DNA of 64,000 nt from Candidatus Dormibacteria bacterium. Its GTDB lineage: Bacteria > Chloroflexota > Dormibacteria > Aeolococcales > Aeolococcaceae. This document shows, one piece after another, positions 1-10,990 of the stretch; position 1 is the stretch's first letter, and each line of letters opens with the position of its first letter. Both the position numbers and the translations under genes were made by a program. Below the pieces are notes generated by a model. That model saw nothing but the letters and a program-made list of their open reading frames with translations. It did no database searches and was not told the origin of the DNA. Location of the stretch: contig JBMFXB010000008.1 in the NCBI GenBank assembly GCA_049964715.1, positions 7,369-71,368 of the forward strand, read 5' to 3'.

Positions 1-2
1 AC

Positions 3-596
3 GAGATAGGGAATCTTCGCTCCCCTGTGCCCCAACACCTGAGTGAGCTCGTCAAGGAGTGTTGTTCCGGACTCTCTTGCAATGCAGGAGCAAATGCCTC
101 GCATCACTTCTGCAGCATCTGCCATGTACAGTACATGATGCGTCTTTTCGAGATCTGGCCATAGACATGAAATAGCAGGATCCCGCAGTACGTTCTCGCG
201 AATGAGAGAAGTCACTGCAAGTACAGCCCCATTCACTACTGTATGCGAGCCTGTCTGGTATTGAATATCCGCGTTTGATGGTTCATTGGCTGCTTCGTGA
301 TACAAGGCAAGAACCTCAGCATGTATTACTGCATCAAGCGCATTGACAAACGCATCCTTCTCGGCATCTGAAAGAACAGCCTCAGGTCGTACTCTCGCTT
401 CCAGCGCATCGCCAACAAGCTCATCCGTGTGCTTCTTGCTCACTGCAACACGGCCTGTCTCATCATCAAACCAGGCCCACTTGCGGAATGCTGGCGGATG
501 GACTATGACATCTGTACCCACGGACTGCGATGTGAGACCTGTTGCTCGCATTACAGCATCATGTAGTGCACGGTACACATCAATCGTTGTCGTCAC
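3..596 (-). CDS. Hypothetical protein, 3' end runs off the window; possible degenerate zincin-like protein
   Basis: Not in the ORF track. Manual translation: GTG at 596 after an AGGGGAGG RBS, open to the window edge (VTTTIDVYRALHDAVMRATG...AWFDDETGRVAV...AFVNALDAVIHAEVL...). Confidence 0.65.
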   Translation of the reverse strand, partial: MTTTIDVYRALHDAVMRATGLTSQSVGTDVIVHPPAFRKWAWFDDETGRVAVSKKHTDELVGDALEARVRPEAVLSDAEKDAFVNALDAVIHAEVLALYHEAANEPSNADIQYQTGSHTVVNGAVLAVTSLIRENVLRDPAISCLWPDLEKTHHVLYMADAAEVMRGICSCIARESGTTLLDELTQVLGHRGAKIPYL

Positions 597-711
597 ACTC
601 TTTCCTCCCCTTGGTACGAATGATACCTGAGTGGCACGGTAGGCACAACAATACACTTCACAGGTATGCTAACTGCTCAATGCAGGATGGTGAATGTGTA
701 GGATGTGAGGC

Positions 712-2097
712 ATGGAATACCGTGACACCATTCTTGACTGCATTGGCAATACACCTCTCATCCGACTGAGTCGCATCAGCACGGGACTACCGATCCCGCT
801 CTATGCAAAGGCTGAACAACTCAATCCCGGCGGGAGTGTCAAAGACCGAATTGGCCTCTCCCTCATTGAAGCTGCAGAACGCAGTGGAAAGCTGCAACCC
901 GGGGGAACAATCATCGAACCGACTTCAGGGAACACTGGTCACGGTCTCGCAATTGCTGCAGCCCTCCGTGGATATAGGTGTATTTTCGTTCTGCCAGACA
1001 AGATGTCCGATGAGAAGATTCGACTACTTGAGGCATACGGTGCAGAAGTCATCATCTGCCCAACCAATGTTGAACGTGAAGATCCCCGTTCGTACTATGA
1101 AGTAGCAAACCGTCTTGCACGAGAAATTCCTGGCGGATTCCAGCCCAACCAGTACTTCAACCCTGCCAACCCGGAAAGTCACTACCGTACGACTGGTCCG
1201 GAAATTTGGCATCAAACTAGTGGCTCCCTCACAGCCTTTGTCGCAGGAATAGGTACTGGAGGAACAATTAGCGGCACTGCCAGATACCTCAAGGAGCAAA
1301 ATCCTGCAGTCACTATCGTTGGAGCAGATCCTGAAGGCTCCATATATTCCGGACCTGTGGCTCCCTATGTTGTTGAGGGAGTTGGGGAAGACTTCTTTCC
1401 CGACACATATTCGGGAGATCTCGTGGACAGGATCATTCAAGTTTCTGACCAGGAGTCATTTCTCATGACACGGCGACTGGCACGTGAGGAAGGCCTTCTT
1501 GTGGGTGGCTCTGCTGGCATGGCTGTTCACGCAGCAGTCTCGTATGCTGCGGAATGTGATGCCACAGCTACAGTCGTAGTTCTCATTCCTGATACAGGTC
1601 GAAACTACCTCAGCAAAATATTCTCGGATGACTGGATGGTTGCCAACGGATATCTATCCGCACGAGATCCTGAAGTAGTGGGAGATCTACTTGGGCACCG
1701 CTCTGCAACACATCCTGCATATGTATCAGCGGAATCCGGCGATACAGTTGAACGAGCCCTTGCACTCATGGAGCGCTATGGGCTCTCTCACCTCCCACTT
1801 CGACATTCACACGATCCTGCTGAAATGCCACATGCTTCGCTGGGGAAAACACACCTCTACCGGGCACTCCTTAGGGGTTCTCTAACACGTGATGCCTCAG
1901 TTGGGAGTGTTACCACCACGCCACTTCCCACCATACCTCGGGAGCTCCCCATTGTTGAAGCACTCCACGAGATCCTTGAGGATCCGGAGTCCCGTCCACG
2001 CATCGTGATCGATGGATCAACCCCCGTGGGACTCATTTCTCTTTCAGATCTCACTTCACCCAAGATCCTCACAACATTGGCAGGAGTTCGAAAATGA
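712..2097 (+). CDS. cbs: Cystathionine beta-synthase with C-terminal CBS domains
   Basis: IGNTPL, NPGGSVKDR (PLP Lys), EPTSGNTG and GTGGT motifs; C-terminal CBS-like extension; ATGA overlap with the next gene. Confidence 0.92.
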   Translation: MEYRDTILDCIGNTPLIRLSRISTGLPIPLYAKAEQLNPGGSVKDRIGLSLIEAAERSGKLQPGGTIIEPTSGNTGHGLAIAAALRGYRCIFVLPDKMSDEKIRLLEAYGAEVIICPTNVEREDPRSYYEVANRLAREIPGGFQPNQYFNPANPESHYRTTGPEIWHQTSGSLTAFVAGIGTGGTISGTARYLKEQNPAVTIVGADPEGSIYSGPVAPYVVEGVGEDFFPDTYSGDLVDRIIQVSDQESFLMTRRLAREEGLLVGGSAGMAVHAAVSYAAECDATATVVVLIPDTGRNYLSKIFSDDWMVANGYLSARDPEVVGDLLGHRSATHPAYVSAESGDTVERALALMERYGLSHLPLRHSHDPAEMPHASLGKTHLYRALLRGSLTRDASVGSVTTTPLPTIPRELPIVEALHEILEDPESRPRIVIDGSTPVGLISLSDLTSPKILTTLAGVRK

Positions 2098-3266
2098 ACG
2101 ACAAATTTGCAACAACCTGTGTACACGCAGGACAAGTTCCTGACATGCAAACAGGTGCAGTTGTTCCCCCCATTCACCTCGCAACAACATATGCCCAGGA
2201 ATCGCCAGGAAAGCATCTCGGATTTGAGTACAGCAGAACAGACAACCCTACCCGTCATACGCTCGAAACCGTTCTCGGAGCGCTTGAGGGTGGCCGTCAT
2301 GCACTCGCTTTTGCATCTGGTCTGGCAGCCGAAACGACGCTACTTTTCACGCTGAAGCCCGGCGACCATGTTGTCACTGTTGATGATCTGTACGGAGGAA
2401 CACATCGACTATTCAGCCAGGTACTTGCAGATCATGGAATTACTACAACAGCTGTAGATGCCCGCGACCCTGAACAGATTTCCAAGGCATGGACGCCTGC
2501 AACAGTGCTGTGTTGGATTGAGTCCCCCACAAACCCTCTCCTCAAGATCATGGATATTGCAAAGATTGCAGATGTTGTCCATACGCATGGAGGATTGTGT
2601 GTTGTTGACAACACGTTTGCAACTCCCGTGCTCCAACAACCTCTTGCTCTTGGAGCGGATGTTGTCGTGCACAGTACAACGAAATATCTTGGTGGCCACA
2701 GTGATGTCGTTGGTGGTGCCATCATCACGAACAATGACATGCTCGCAGAAAAGCTTCGCTTTCTCCAAAATGCAGTAGGTGCTGTTCCATCTCCCTTCGA
2801 CTGTTGGCTCCTCATGCGTGGCATCAAGACTCTTGCACTTCGTGTCGAACAGCAGAATGCCTCCGCAGCCATGATTTCCACCTGGCTTACCACAGCGCCA
2901 GGCGTTGCACGGGTTCTCTACCCCGGTCTCCCTTTCCACGATGGACACGAACTCGTCACCTCACTTTGGAAAGGACGAGGTGGAGCCATGATTTCTTTTG
3001 AACTTGCACCCGAAGCAGACCCTGATGCTTTTTTTCGTTCTCTCACAGTCATCACATGTGCGGAATCACTCGGTGCTGTGGAATCCCTCATTGAACTTCC
3101 TGCTGCAATGACACACAGTGGTATGCCTCCTGCACAGCGGAATGCACTGGGTATCTCAGATCACCTTGTCCGTCTCAGTGTGGGAATAGAAGATCCTGAG
3201 GACCTCATCGAAGATCTTTCACAGGCCTTGCAAGCAGCACTCCGTACCAGCACACACACTTCCTAG
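2094..3266 (+). CDS. metB: Cystathionine gamma-synthase/gamma-lyase
   Basis: YSRTDNPT, FASGLAA, ESPTNP, VDNTFATP, HSTTKYLGGHSD and RLSVGIED motifs. Confidence 0.9.
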   Translation: MNDKFATTCVHAGQVPDMQTGAVVPPIHLATTYAQESPGKHLGFEYSRTDNPTRHTLETVLGALEGGRHALAFASGLAAETTLLFTLKPGDHVVTVDDLYGGTHRLFSQVLADHGITTTAVDARDPEQISKAWTPATVLCWIESPTNPLLKIMDIAKIADVVHTHGGLCVVDNTFATPVLQQPLALGADVVVHSTTKYLGGHSDVVGGAIITNNDMLAEKLRFLQNAVGAVPSPFDCWLLMRGIKTLALRVEQQNASAAMISTWLTTAPGVARVLYPGLPFHDGHELVTSLWKGRGGAMISFELAPEADPDAFFRSLTVITCAESLGAVESLIELPAAMTHSGMPPAQRNALGISDHLVRLSVGIEDPEDLIEDLSQALQAALRTSTHTS

Positions 3267-4852
3267 GAGTGGTTAGCACTACCTGAAAGCTCAGGCGGGA
3301 GGTATAGCTGTACTCCATCGACATCAAGTATCTCCCTATATGAATGCACAGCTATGAACTTCCTGATATACCTGTTGTATTGTGCCATCTGTGGTGTCAC
3401 GATGATCAGCGAAGGCGGATGCTTGTCAAGTCGAGCAATAAGTGGTTTTGGACTGTTATCAAGCATCTGTGTGACATAGAGCGGACCACTTCGCGTTGGT
3501 TCAGAAAGCTTGTTGATGACAAGTGGCCAAGCAAGGTTGGACCATACCATGGCATAGGATCCATCCATATGATGTGCATTGATCCATCGCATAACCACTG
3601 ATTCCCCATAGACGGAATAGCCAAAGAAGTCGTCGTAGGACCTTGTTGAAACAAAGCCTGCAATTCTGCCAAGCGTTACAGGATAGTACCCGAGAGACCA
3701 ACCTGCATGAAAGAGCCCCCCATATGGCTGTGTGAATATGAAACACGAAGCGACTGTGCACCATGCAACGATACCGCTTGCAAACTGGAATCGATGACTG
3801 CGAAGGATGTATCTCCAGTTTTTCCAGTACTTGGCAATGCCGTAGCTTACTCCCAATGTCACAGGAGCTACAGCAGGGAGGAGAAAATGTTCGTACGGAT
3901 ATCCAGGTGCAATGGCCACAATGAGCAGTGTCGTAAACCATATTCTGAGAAACTCAAGTGTCCTGTCCCTCACGTTTCGCAACACAATTATTGATCCTAT
4001 AAAGGAAAGGAGAAGTGCCCCACGCCACACATAGGTGAAAACCTTCGTACTGAGCGACTGCGTGACATACCCACCATATGAACTGACAAGTGCGAAAAAG
4101 ACCCTGTGAAAGCCAGACAGTACGACAAAGGGGCCAATGACAATCAGACCCAAAATAACCATTGTGGCCACCATCACCCCTGCAGCACGAACCTGGCGGC
4201 GTACCACACACCACGCAACAATGGCACAGGCATCCCCGAGCGCAGTCTGCTGAATGAGCGTTGCACAGGCAAGAAGCACACCAATACCCACCATAGTGCG
4301 TAAGTCAAATGCAGTGGTTGCATCATCGTGGTTCCTGATAGTCATGAGAAACCACACACCAGCCCATGTCGTAAAGACAATGAGAAGGCTCTCTGGCAGG
4401 AAAAGCTCACCATCCAAGATTGGGGTGCCGAATAGTATGGCAATGATCACTCCCACAATGAGTGTTGTCCTATACCCGAAATTCTTCCGTGCCCACCAGA
4501 GGGCTCCCCAAAGTGCTCCCCCGCCAGTCAGCAGCGGTAAGACGTGAAGTCCAGCTTCTGTAGGTCCGAACAGCTTGAGGGTTCCTGCCATAAGTGCGAA
4601 GAGAAGAGGTGGCTTGTTGTTCCAGGCATTGACATACAGACCATACCCGAGATGGTAAAGCCACACTGTTGAGGCGTATCCAGCTTCATCGGTGTACCAG
4701 AGTGGCTCAAAGAACGACGGAACACGCAGGAGCAGAAAGAGTACTGCTGGAATACACCAGTACGCATTTTTCCGGAGCCACACTGATAGTTTTCTTCCAG
4801 GCTCTTCACCCTGTATCCCACGCTTTCTACGAGGGGAAGTGTCCTGTGACAT
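3263..4852 (-). CDS. GT-C fold membrane glycosyltransferase (ArnT/PMT, GT39/83-like)
   Basis: WYTDEAGY acidic motif after the first TM, NNKPPL motif, about 10 hydrophobic helices. Confidence 0.75.
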   Translation of the reverse strand: MSQDTSPRRKRGIQGEEPGRKLSVWLRKNAYWCIPAVLFLLLRVPSFFEPLWYTDEAGYASTVWLYHLGYGLYVNAWNNKPPLLFALMAGTLKLFGPTEAGLHVLPLLTGGGALWGALWWARKNFGYRTTLIVGVIIAILFGTPILDGELFLPESLLIVFTTWAGVWFLMTIRNHDDATTAFDLRTMVGIGVLLACATLIQQTALGDACAIVAWCVVRRQVRAAGVMVATMVILGLIVIGPFVVLSGFHRVFFALVSSYGGYVTQSLSTKVFTYVWRGALLLSFIGSIIVLRNVRDRTLEFLRIWFTTLLIVAIAPGYPYEHFLLPAVAPVTLGVSYGIAKYWKNWRYILRSHRFQFASGIVAWCTVASCFIFTQPYGGLFHAGWSLGYYPVTLGRIAGFVSTRSYDDFFGYSVYGESVVMRWINAHHMDGSYAMVWSNLAWPLVINKLSEPTRSGPLYVTQMLDNSPKPLIARLDKHPPSLIIVTPQMAQYNRYIRKFIAVHSYREILDVDGVQLYLPPELSGSANHS

Positions 4853-4998
4853 GATTCCTACGATACCAGTCCCTCCGCCTCCTCCTTGCCTTTGGAAATC
4901 ACCTGGCCGACATGTACACAGGTGAAGCTCCTAGAGTAGTAGGTAGCAGTACATGACCAAGTCAATATAACGATCTCGCACGGAGGTTCTCCCACCCT

Positions 4999-7680
4999 AT
5001 GAGCGGCGATGGCTTTTTACAGCAATTACCTGATATCGATTCCCTGGAAACAGAAGAATGGCGTGAATCTCTGGCGACTCTTGTTGACAGGGAAGGTGAC
5101 GTTCGCGCACAGTACATCATCAATACGCTCCTCGAAGAAGCACATGCCCGACAAATTCCCATTGCGCCAGTCACCTCCACTCCGTATATCAATACGATTC
5201 CAACACGGGATGAGCCTCCATTCCCCGGGGATGAAAAACTCGAAAAACGTATTCGGCGCATCATTCGATGGAATGCTGCTGTCATGGTTACCAGGGCAAA
5301 CAAGCATCTTGAAGGCATAGGGGGACACATCTCGACATATGCCTCAGTCGCATCCCTGTTCGAAGTGGGTTTCAATCACTTCTTCCACGGAAGCGACAAC
5401 GGTACAAGTGGCGACCAGGTGTACTTCCAAGGCCATGCAGCACCTGGCATCTATTCGCGTGCATATCTTGAGGGTCGTCTTACTGAGGAACATCTCGATA
5501 ATTTCCGACAAGAAGTTGGAGGCAATGGTCTTTCCTCATATCCCCATCCACGCCTCATGCCCGAGTTCTGGCAGTTTCCGACTGTCTCAATGGGACTCGG
5601 ACCGCTCAATGCAATCTACCAGGCACGCTTCAATCGCTACCTCCTCAATCGTGGTCTTGTTGACACAAGTGCCTCGCATGTATGGGCATTCCTTGGTGAT
5701 GGCGAAAGTGATGAACCAGAGACTCTTACTGCTCTGTCCCTCGCATCACGAGAGCAACTCGACAATCTCACTTTTGTTGTGTCATGCAACCTGCAGAGAC
5801 TTGATGGACCTGTCCGCGGCAATGGAAAGATCATCCAGGAGCTGGAATCCGTCTTCCGCGGCGCTGGGTGGAATGTCATCAAAGTCATTTGGGGTCGGGA
5901 GTGGGATCCCCTTATTGCAGCAGATGTCGATGGCATACTCCTTCAGAAGATGAATACTACCAATGATGGTGAATTCCAACGCCTTTCCACTGAGTCAGGG
6001 GAGTATATTCGAGAACACTTCTTCGGTCCTGATGCTCGGTTGAAGGAACTCGTCAAAGACTACTCTGACGATCAACTGATGAAGTTGCGACGTGGTGGAC
6101 ATGACTACCAGAAGCTGTACACTGCCTATGCCCGTGCTCTCTCCCTCAAGGGTGCTCCAACTGTAATTCTCGCTCACACGATCAAAGGATGGGCACTGGG
6201 CACAAGCTTTGAAGGTCGCAATGCAACCCATCAGATCAAGAAACTCGCAGATACAGACCTGAGAAGCTTCCGTGACACGCTTGAACTTCCCATTACTGAT
6301 GCCCAACTTGCCGAGGGAGTACCTCCCTACTTTCATCCAGGAACGAAATCCGAGGAAGTCGAGTACCTGCTCGAGCGTCGTCGTGCACTTGGTGGCATGC
6401 TTCCCAAACGACATCATACGCAGTTCTCCCTCACACTTCCTGACCGAAGTGCCAACAAGGAATTCCTTGCTGGCAGTGGTGGTCGACCAGCATCTACGAC
6501 ATCAGCCTTTGTCGGAGTTCTGCGCAATCTTCTTCGCGACCCGGAAGTCGGCAAACGTGTTGTCCCCATTATTCCCGATGAAGCACGTACCTTCGGCATG
6601 GAGTCTCTTTTCAAGGAGATCAAGATCTATGCGCCATTCGGACAGCAGTATGAACCTGTCGATGCAAAGATGATTCTCTCGTATCAGGAGTCACAAAGTG
6701 GGCAGCTCCTTGAGGAGGGAATTACTGAGGCAGGAGCAACTGCGAGTTTCACTGCAGCAGGCACTGCGTACAGCACTCACCGATATCCAATGATCCCATT
6801 TTTCATTTACTATTCCATGTTTGGATTCCAGCGTATGGGAGACCTTGTATGGGCATTTGGAGACATGCGGGGCCGAGGATTCTTGCTGGGAGGAACAGCT
6901 GGCCGGACAACCCTCAATGGCGAGGGACTCCAACATGAAGATGGGCATTCCCCACTCCTGTTTTCAGTTGTGCCAAATGTGAACATCTACGATCCTGCAT
7001 ATGCATACGAACTTGCCCTCATCATCGAGGAAGGAATGCAGCGGATGTATCACGACAATGAGGATGTCTTCTACTACCTCACGGTATACAACGAGAACTA
7101 CCCGATGCCCCCCATGCCTGAGGGCGTTGAAAAGGACCTTCTCCGGGGACTCTACCGGCTCGCGCTTCCTCTTCGTGCAGACGGTCCAGAGGCTCATCTC
7201 ATTGCAAGCGGAAGTGCAATGACTGCAACTATCGAAGCACAGCACATCCTCTCCGAGGAACATGGGGTTGCAGCCACAGTATGGAGTGCACCAGGATGGC
7301 ACCAGCTGTACAGGGAAGCCTTGGACATGGAACGGTGGAACCTCCTTCATCCCACATCTGAGAAGCATGTACCCCATGTCACTTCGAGTTTCATGGGAAC
7401 ATCAGGTCCAGTCGTTGCAGTCAGCGACTATATGAAGACTGTCACTGACAGAATCGCTCGTTTCATTCCGAACCACTTCACTGCGCTTGGAACTGATGGC
7501 TATGGCAGGAGTGACTCACGTCAGGCACTGCGATCTCATTTCGAAGTTGATGCACCACACATCGTTGCAACGACTCTCTCGATGCTTGCCCAGGATGGAA
7601 CGATCCCAGCTGTACAGGCAGAGAAAGCACTCTCAACGCTCGGCATAGATACTGAGAAGTCTGATCCACGATACCTTTGA
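4999..7680 (+). CDS. aceE: Pyruvate dehydrogenase E1, homodimeric type
   Basis: GGHISTYAS, YFQGHAAPGIY, PTVSMGLGP, GDGESDEPE TPP motif, NLQRLDGPVRGNGK, GRTTLNGEGLQHEDGHS. Confidence 0.97.
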   Translation: MSGDGFLQQLPDIDSLETEEWRESLATLVDREGDVRAQYIINTLLEEAHARQIPIAPVTSTPYINTIPTRDEPPFPGDEKLEKRIRRIIRWNAAVMVTRANKHLEGIGGHISTYASVASLFEVGFNHFFHGSDNGTSGDQVYFQGHAAPGIYSRAYLEGRLTEEHLDNFRQEVGGNGLSSYPHPRLMPEFWQFPTVSMGLGPLNAIYQARFNRYLLNRGLVDTSASHVWAFLGDGESDEPETLTALSLASREQLDNLTFVVSCNLQRLDGPVRGNGKIIQELESVFRGAGWNVIKVIWGREWDPLIAADVDGILLQKMNTTNDGEFQRLSTESGEYIREHFFGPDARLKELVKDYSDDQLMKLRRGGHDYQKLYTAYARALSLKGAPTVILAHTIKGWALGTSFEGRNATHQIKKLADTDLRSFRDTLELPITDAQLAEGVPPYFHPGTKSEEVEYLLERRRALGGMLPKRHHTQFSLTLPDRSANKEFLAGSGGRPASTTSAFVGVLRNLLRDPEVGKRVVPIIPDEARTFGMESLFKEIKIYAPFGQQYEPVDAKMILSYQESQSGQLLEEGITEAGATASFTAAGTAYSTHRYPMIPFFIYYSMFGFQRMGDLVWAFGDMRGRGFLLGGTAGRTTLNGEGLQHEDGHSPLLFSVVPNVNIYDPAYAYELALIIEEGMQRMYHDNEDVFYYLTVYNENYPMPPMPEGVEKDLLRGLYRLALPLRADGPEAHLIASGSAMTATIEAQHILSEEHGVAATVWSAPGWHQLYREALDMERWNLLHPTSEKHVPHVTSSFMGTSGPVVAVSDYMKTVTDRIARFIPNHFTALGTDGYGRSDSRQALRSHFEVDAPHIVATTLSMLAQDGTIPAVQAEKALSTLGIDTEKSDPRYL

Positions 7681-7706
7681 AGCCAGCAAGTTGCTCGAGC
7701 TCCCGT

Positions 7707-8282
7707 TTAGAGCTGAGCCTGAAACGGGAGCTCAGCCACACACACATATTGGGATCCAGCTATTGCCGGCACTGTCTGCAGCAGCGACAGGCCCCCAATG
7801 GTGAATGATGGCCCACCGATAGTTTCGACACTTGCTGCACGCCATACTGCTGCACTCTCGACGCTAAGTGGATGATGTGTCCTGCCAATCGTGCAGTGTG
7901 GCACGAAAGATGACCGCTCGCCAGCAATCCCATGATGTCGCAGAACATCTCGGATCTCCATGACAAGTTCCCCAAGTGCACCCGTGGTCTCCACAATGCC
8001 GACATACAGGACTGCATGAGGATTGTTCCGATGGGGAAATGTTCCCAGAGTACCGAATGAAAGCAAAACTGGAGGATGTGCTTTGCAGATGGGTTCGACT
8101 AGCTCGCGTACTTGAGTGCTGAACTCTTTGCTATCCCGATTGCCAAAGAATTCTGTGGTGATGTGAAACTTCTCCTGAGGCACCCACTGGACCCTTGTGA
8201 GAGGGCTGAGTACAGACTGCACATACGTTGCAAGATACTCTCCACTTGCATCAGGAAGACTACATGCAAGAAAGCAGTTCAT
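7707..8282 (-). CDS. thpR: RNA 2',3'-cyclic phosphodiesterase (2H family)
   Basis: Two HxT motifs (FHITT, PHCTIGR); 191 aa. Confidence 0.85.
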   Translation of the reverse strand: MNCFLACSLPDASGEYLATYVQSVLSPLTRVQWVPQEKFHITTEFFGNRDSKEFSTQVRELVEPICKAHPPVLLSFGTLGTFPHRNNPHAVLYVGIVETTGALGELVMEIRDVLRHHGIAGERSSFVPHCTIGRTHHPLSVESAAVWRAASVETIGGPSFTIGGLSLLQTVPAIAGSQYVCVAELPFQAQL

Positions 8283-9280
8283 GCCGATGGAGAGGGGGAA
8301 ACTTCCGAAGTTGGGGAAGGAACGCCACTACATGGCTGGATGTGTGCATTGATATAGACGTGAATGATGTTGTCCTGACAGGCAGACTCAATAAGGGAGA
8401 ATATCTGCCCCTCAAACCACGCAGCCCTGTCTTGCACGGTGTACGGATTTGGTGCTGCAATGACAATTTCATTGAGTGTGACAATGGATCCTTGTTTGCC
8501 AACAAGCTCTGCGAATACATACCCCTGAGGCGTCTGTATTGGTGAGACTGTATGCTGACCAATGTGAAGTTGACCAACAGCAGAGCTCAACTGGAATCCC
8601 TCAGTAGCAAGCTGCTGGGGAGAATACTGCACTGTATATGAAGGCAGTGCTGTCGACGATGCATTGGATTGTGTTTCATCAAGTTGTGCCCACTTTGATG
8701 CAAGGGTATCGAATGATGTGCCTTGTGTGAGCTGGGTAGCAACAGCCTGTGCCTGCTCTTTTGCCCAGTAGTACACAAGCCGTTCCTCATTGAGAGATGA
8801 CCTCGTCTCATCCTCGAGCTCAGCCATGGAACTCTTGCCCTGGGCAAGCTGCTTTTCGAGTGCTTTCTTGCCACCTACCTGTTGTGCATCTTTTGCAATC
8901 TGGTCCTGCACCTGTTGCGATGTCGCCTCGATGCCAAGAAGCTTGTCTTCCCCAGCTATGACTGCATCTATGATGAGACCCTGCATGACATCTGCACTGA
9001 CCTGGTTCACCATCTGGGTACCAGCAGAACCCGAAATGGTGCCGCCTCCCTGCTCAATACTGAGGATTGCAGCATTTTTCCGAAGAGTGAATTGCTGCTC
9101 GGTGATCTTCTGTGTTCCCACTATTGCGACTGTGGAATTCTGCGAGGAATGTGCAGCGGTTCCACTGCATGCAACCAGCACCAAAGGTATGCAGCCCAGA
9201 AGGATATACTTCCTCCCTATTGCCCCCCACGCTCGGTATCCCGAACTCCAACTCAAACAACAGTTCGATATTCGCTTCAC
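8279..9280 (-). CDS. SurA N-terminal/PrsA-like foldase lipoprotein
   Basis: Lipobox-like LVAC; VAIVGTQKITEQQF and GLIIDAVI SurA_N features; degenerate parvulin segment (GTSFDTLASKW, SPIQTPQGY). Confidence 0.7.
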   Translation of the reverse strand: MKRISNCCLSWSSGYRAWGAIGRKYILLGCIPLVLVACSGTAAHSSQNSTVAIVGTQKITEQQFTLRKNAAILSIEQGGGTISGSAGTQMVNQVSADVMQGLIIDAVIAGEDKLLGIEATSQQVQDQIAKDAQQVGGKKALEKQLAQGKSSMAELEDETRSSLNEERLVYYWAKEQAQAVATQLTQGTSFDTLASKWAQLDETQSNASSTALPSYTVQYSPQQLATEGFQLSSAVGQLHIGQHTVSPIQTPQGYVFAELVGKQGSIVTLNEIVIAAPNPYTVQDRAAWFEGQIFSLIESACQDNIIHVYINAHIQPCSGVPSPTSEVSPSPSA

Positions 9281-9427
9281 ATTCCCTACTCTACCCCCCT
9301 TCCCATACCCCTTGCGGTTTGCGTATGATTGCCCAAGAAGTAAAGCCGTTCGACAATAACCTTCACGAGTGAGACATCATTCACATGAAGGGGGCGAACG
9401 CAGTCAATCACGTGGAGGGGATGAAAA

Positions 9428-10990
9428 GTGACATCTTCGTATGGTAGCCCGCTCTCAGGTACGGGTCCAGTTGCTGCACCTAAGGTTGTACAACCTAGCG
9501 TAGCCGACATCGTATTCATGCTTGCAGCCGCACCTGGATTCAATGATGAGACTGCCGAAGAGTCGCTGAGCCAGCGTGGATTCAAGGGATTCTTCTCTTC
9601 TCCATGGGCTTGGATGGCAAAGCGTGAACAAGCAGATCCTCGTGTGCGAGGCATCAATATCCTCATTTGGGGACCTCCTGGAATGGGTAAGACCGAAATG
9701 GTCAAGTCCCTCATGAAGAAGATGAACCGCAATGTCTACAAGAAGGATCTCTCGAAGGACCTTCCTGAAGACGTCAAGGGCATTCCAAAAGCTGTCAAAG
9801 AGCGGAAGACCTGGTGGAAGTTCTGGAAGGCAGATTTGTACACGCTCGATGCTCCGAACCGCTTTCTCATGGCTGCAAAGAACGACCCAAATGCATGTAT
9901 CGTCCTTGATGACTTGACCAATGCCACCCAGGCAGTGCAGGCAGCAGGACTGAGTCTCGTTCTCAACCGCGAGTTCGAAGATGGAAAAGGTGGTACCTTT
10001 TCTCTTCGCCATGCACCAATCATTGCCATGGCAAACCACGGGTCAGCAGCATCCATGACGGAGCTCCTTTCACCAGTTGCCAACCGGTTTGTGCACCTCT
10101 TTGCAGAACCAACAGACATTGGAACACCTTACTGGCTTGGTGAACAGGCTCTCCACGTAGATCCAGAAAAGCTCAAGTCACTCGACGAACGGTGGAATGC
10201 GCAGTACATGAAAAACTGGGCAATCTGCAGTGCATTCGTCCGTCACTATGAGCGTGAACTCACGACGTTTGTCAATGCAGCCAATCGGACAAGTGGCCTC
10301 TGGCAGAAAGACCCTGATGACTTCACTGATGTGCACAGCTATGCATGGTGCACTCCACGTTCGCTTGAGTTCGCAGCACGATGCATGACCATCTTTGATC
10401 TCTTCAGCGATGAGAATGTTCGCTTCGATGACCGCAGGGTTCTCGAAGGTGCAATTGGTCGGACAGCAGCACTGCAACTGATTGAGTTCCGGAACCAGCT
10501 CAAGCTTCCACAGGTTGATGATGTCTACAACCGGACTATCGATTGGAGTCGATGCAATACAGCTCACCGTGTTCTCCTTCCCTTTGAGGCAGCACGTCAA
10601 GCCCAGACACCCGAGCAGCTTCAAGCTGTAATTGAAGGCATGCATGCAGTTGAAGAACTTGCAGGTGGCTCCCACGATCTTGTGAAGCTCACAAAGGACG
10701 TACTTATCCAACGAGCTCGTGGAGTACTTCCGAGTCTCCCGATGTCGCATGATGTCGTCAAGGCCGTCCAGGAAGCATTCCCGGAAGCTTGGAATACACC
10801 ACCACAGCGGCGCATTGCACTTCCTTCTGGGGTGAAGCCAGTCGAATTCGAGCCTGTCCCAGTGGGATGGCCTGGACCGCCTGAAGCCAGCGCTGTTCGT
10901 CCGATGCCATCGTTCCGAGATCTTGCAGTTGTCGCTTCCCGGGAAGGGGTCAAGACACCTGCAACTCGCCAAGGTGTCGAACTCTCGTAA
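9428..10990 (+). CDS. MoxR-type AAA+ ATPase with Pro-rich C-terminal tail
   Basis: Walker A WGPPGMGKT, Walker B CIVLDDL, IAMAN sensor I, PVANRF Arg finger, TPRS sensor II; GTG start after a GGAGGGG RBS. Confidence 0.85.
   Translation: MTSSYGSPLSGTGPVAAPKVVQPSVADIVFMLAAAPGFNDETAEESLSQRGFKGFFSSPWAWMAKREQADPRVRGINILIWGPPGMGKTEMVKSLMKKMNRNVYKKDLSKDLPEDVKGIPKAVKERKTWWKFWKADLYTLDAPNRFLMAAKNDPNACIVLDDLTNATQAVQAAGLSLVLNREFEDGKGGTFSLRHAPIIAMANHGSAASMTELLSPVANRFVHLFAEPTDIGTPYWLGEQALHVDPEKLKSLDERWNAQYMKNWAICSAFVRHYERELTTFVNAANRTSGLWQKDPDDFTDVHSYAWCTPRSLEFAARCMTIFDLFSDENVRFDDRRVLEGAIGRTAALQLIEFRNQLKLPQVDDVYNRTIDWSRCNTAHRVLLPFEAARQAQTPEQLQAVIEGMHAVEELAGGSHDLVKLTKDVLIQRARGVLPSLPMSHDVVKAVQEAFPEAWNTPPQRRIALPSGVKPVEFEPVPVGWPGPPEASAVRPMPSFRDLAVVASREGVKTPATRQGVELS

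Noticed and set aside
597-711. SAM or T-box riboswitch before cbs-metB
   Set aside because: The divergent gap is short and has no recognisable aptamer or terminator.
9376-9420. Imperfect 17-bp direct repeat upstream of the AAA ATPase
   Set aside because: Only a 14/17 match, partly explained by the purine-rich RBS.
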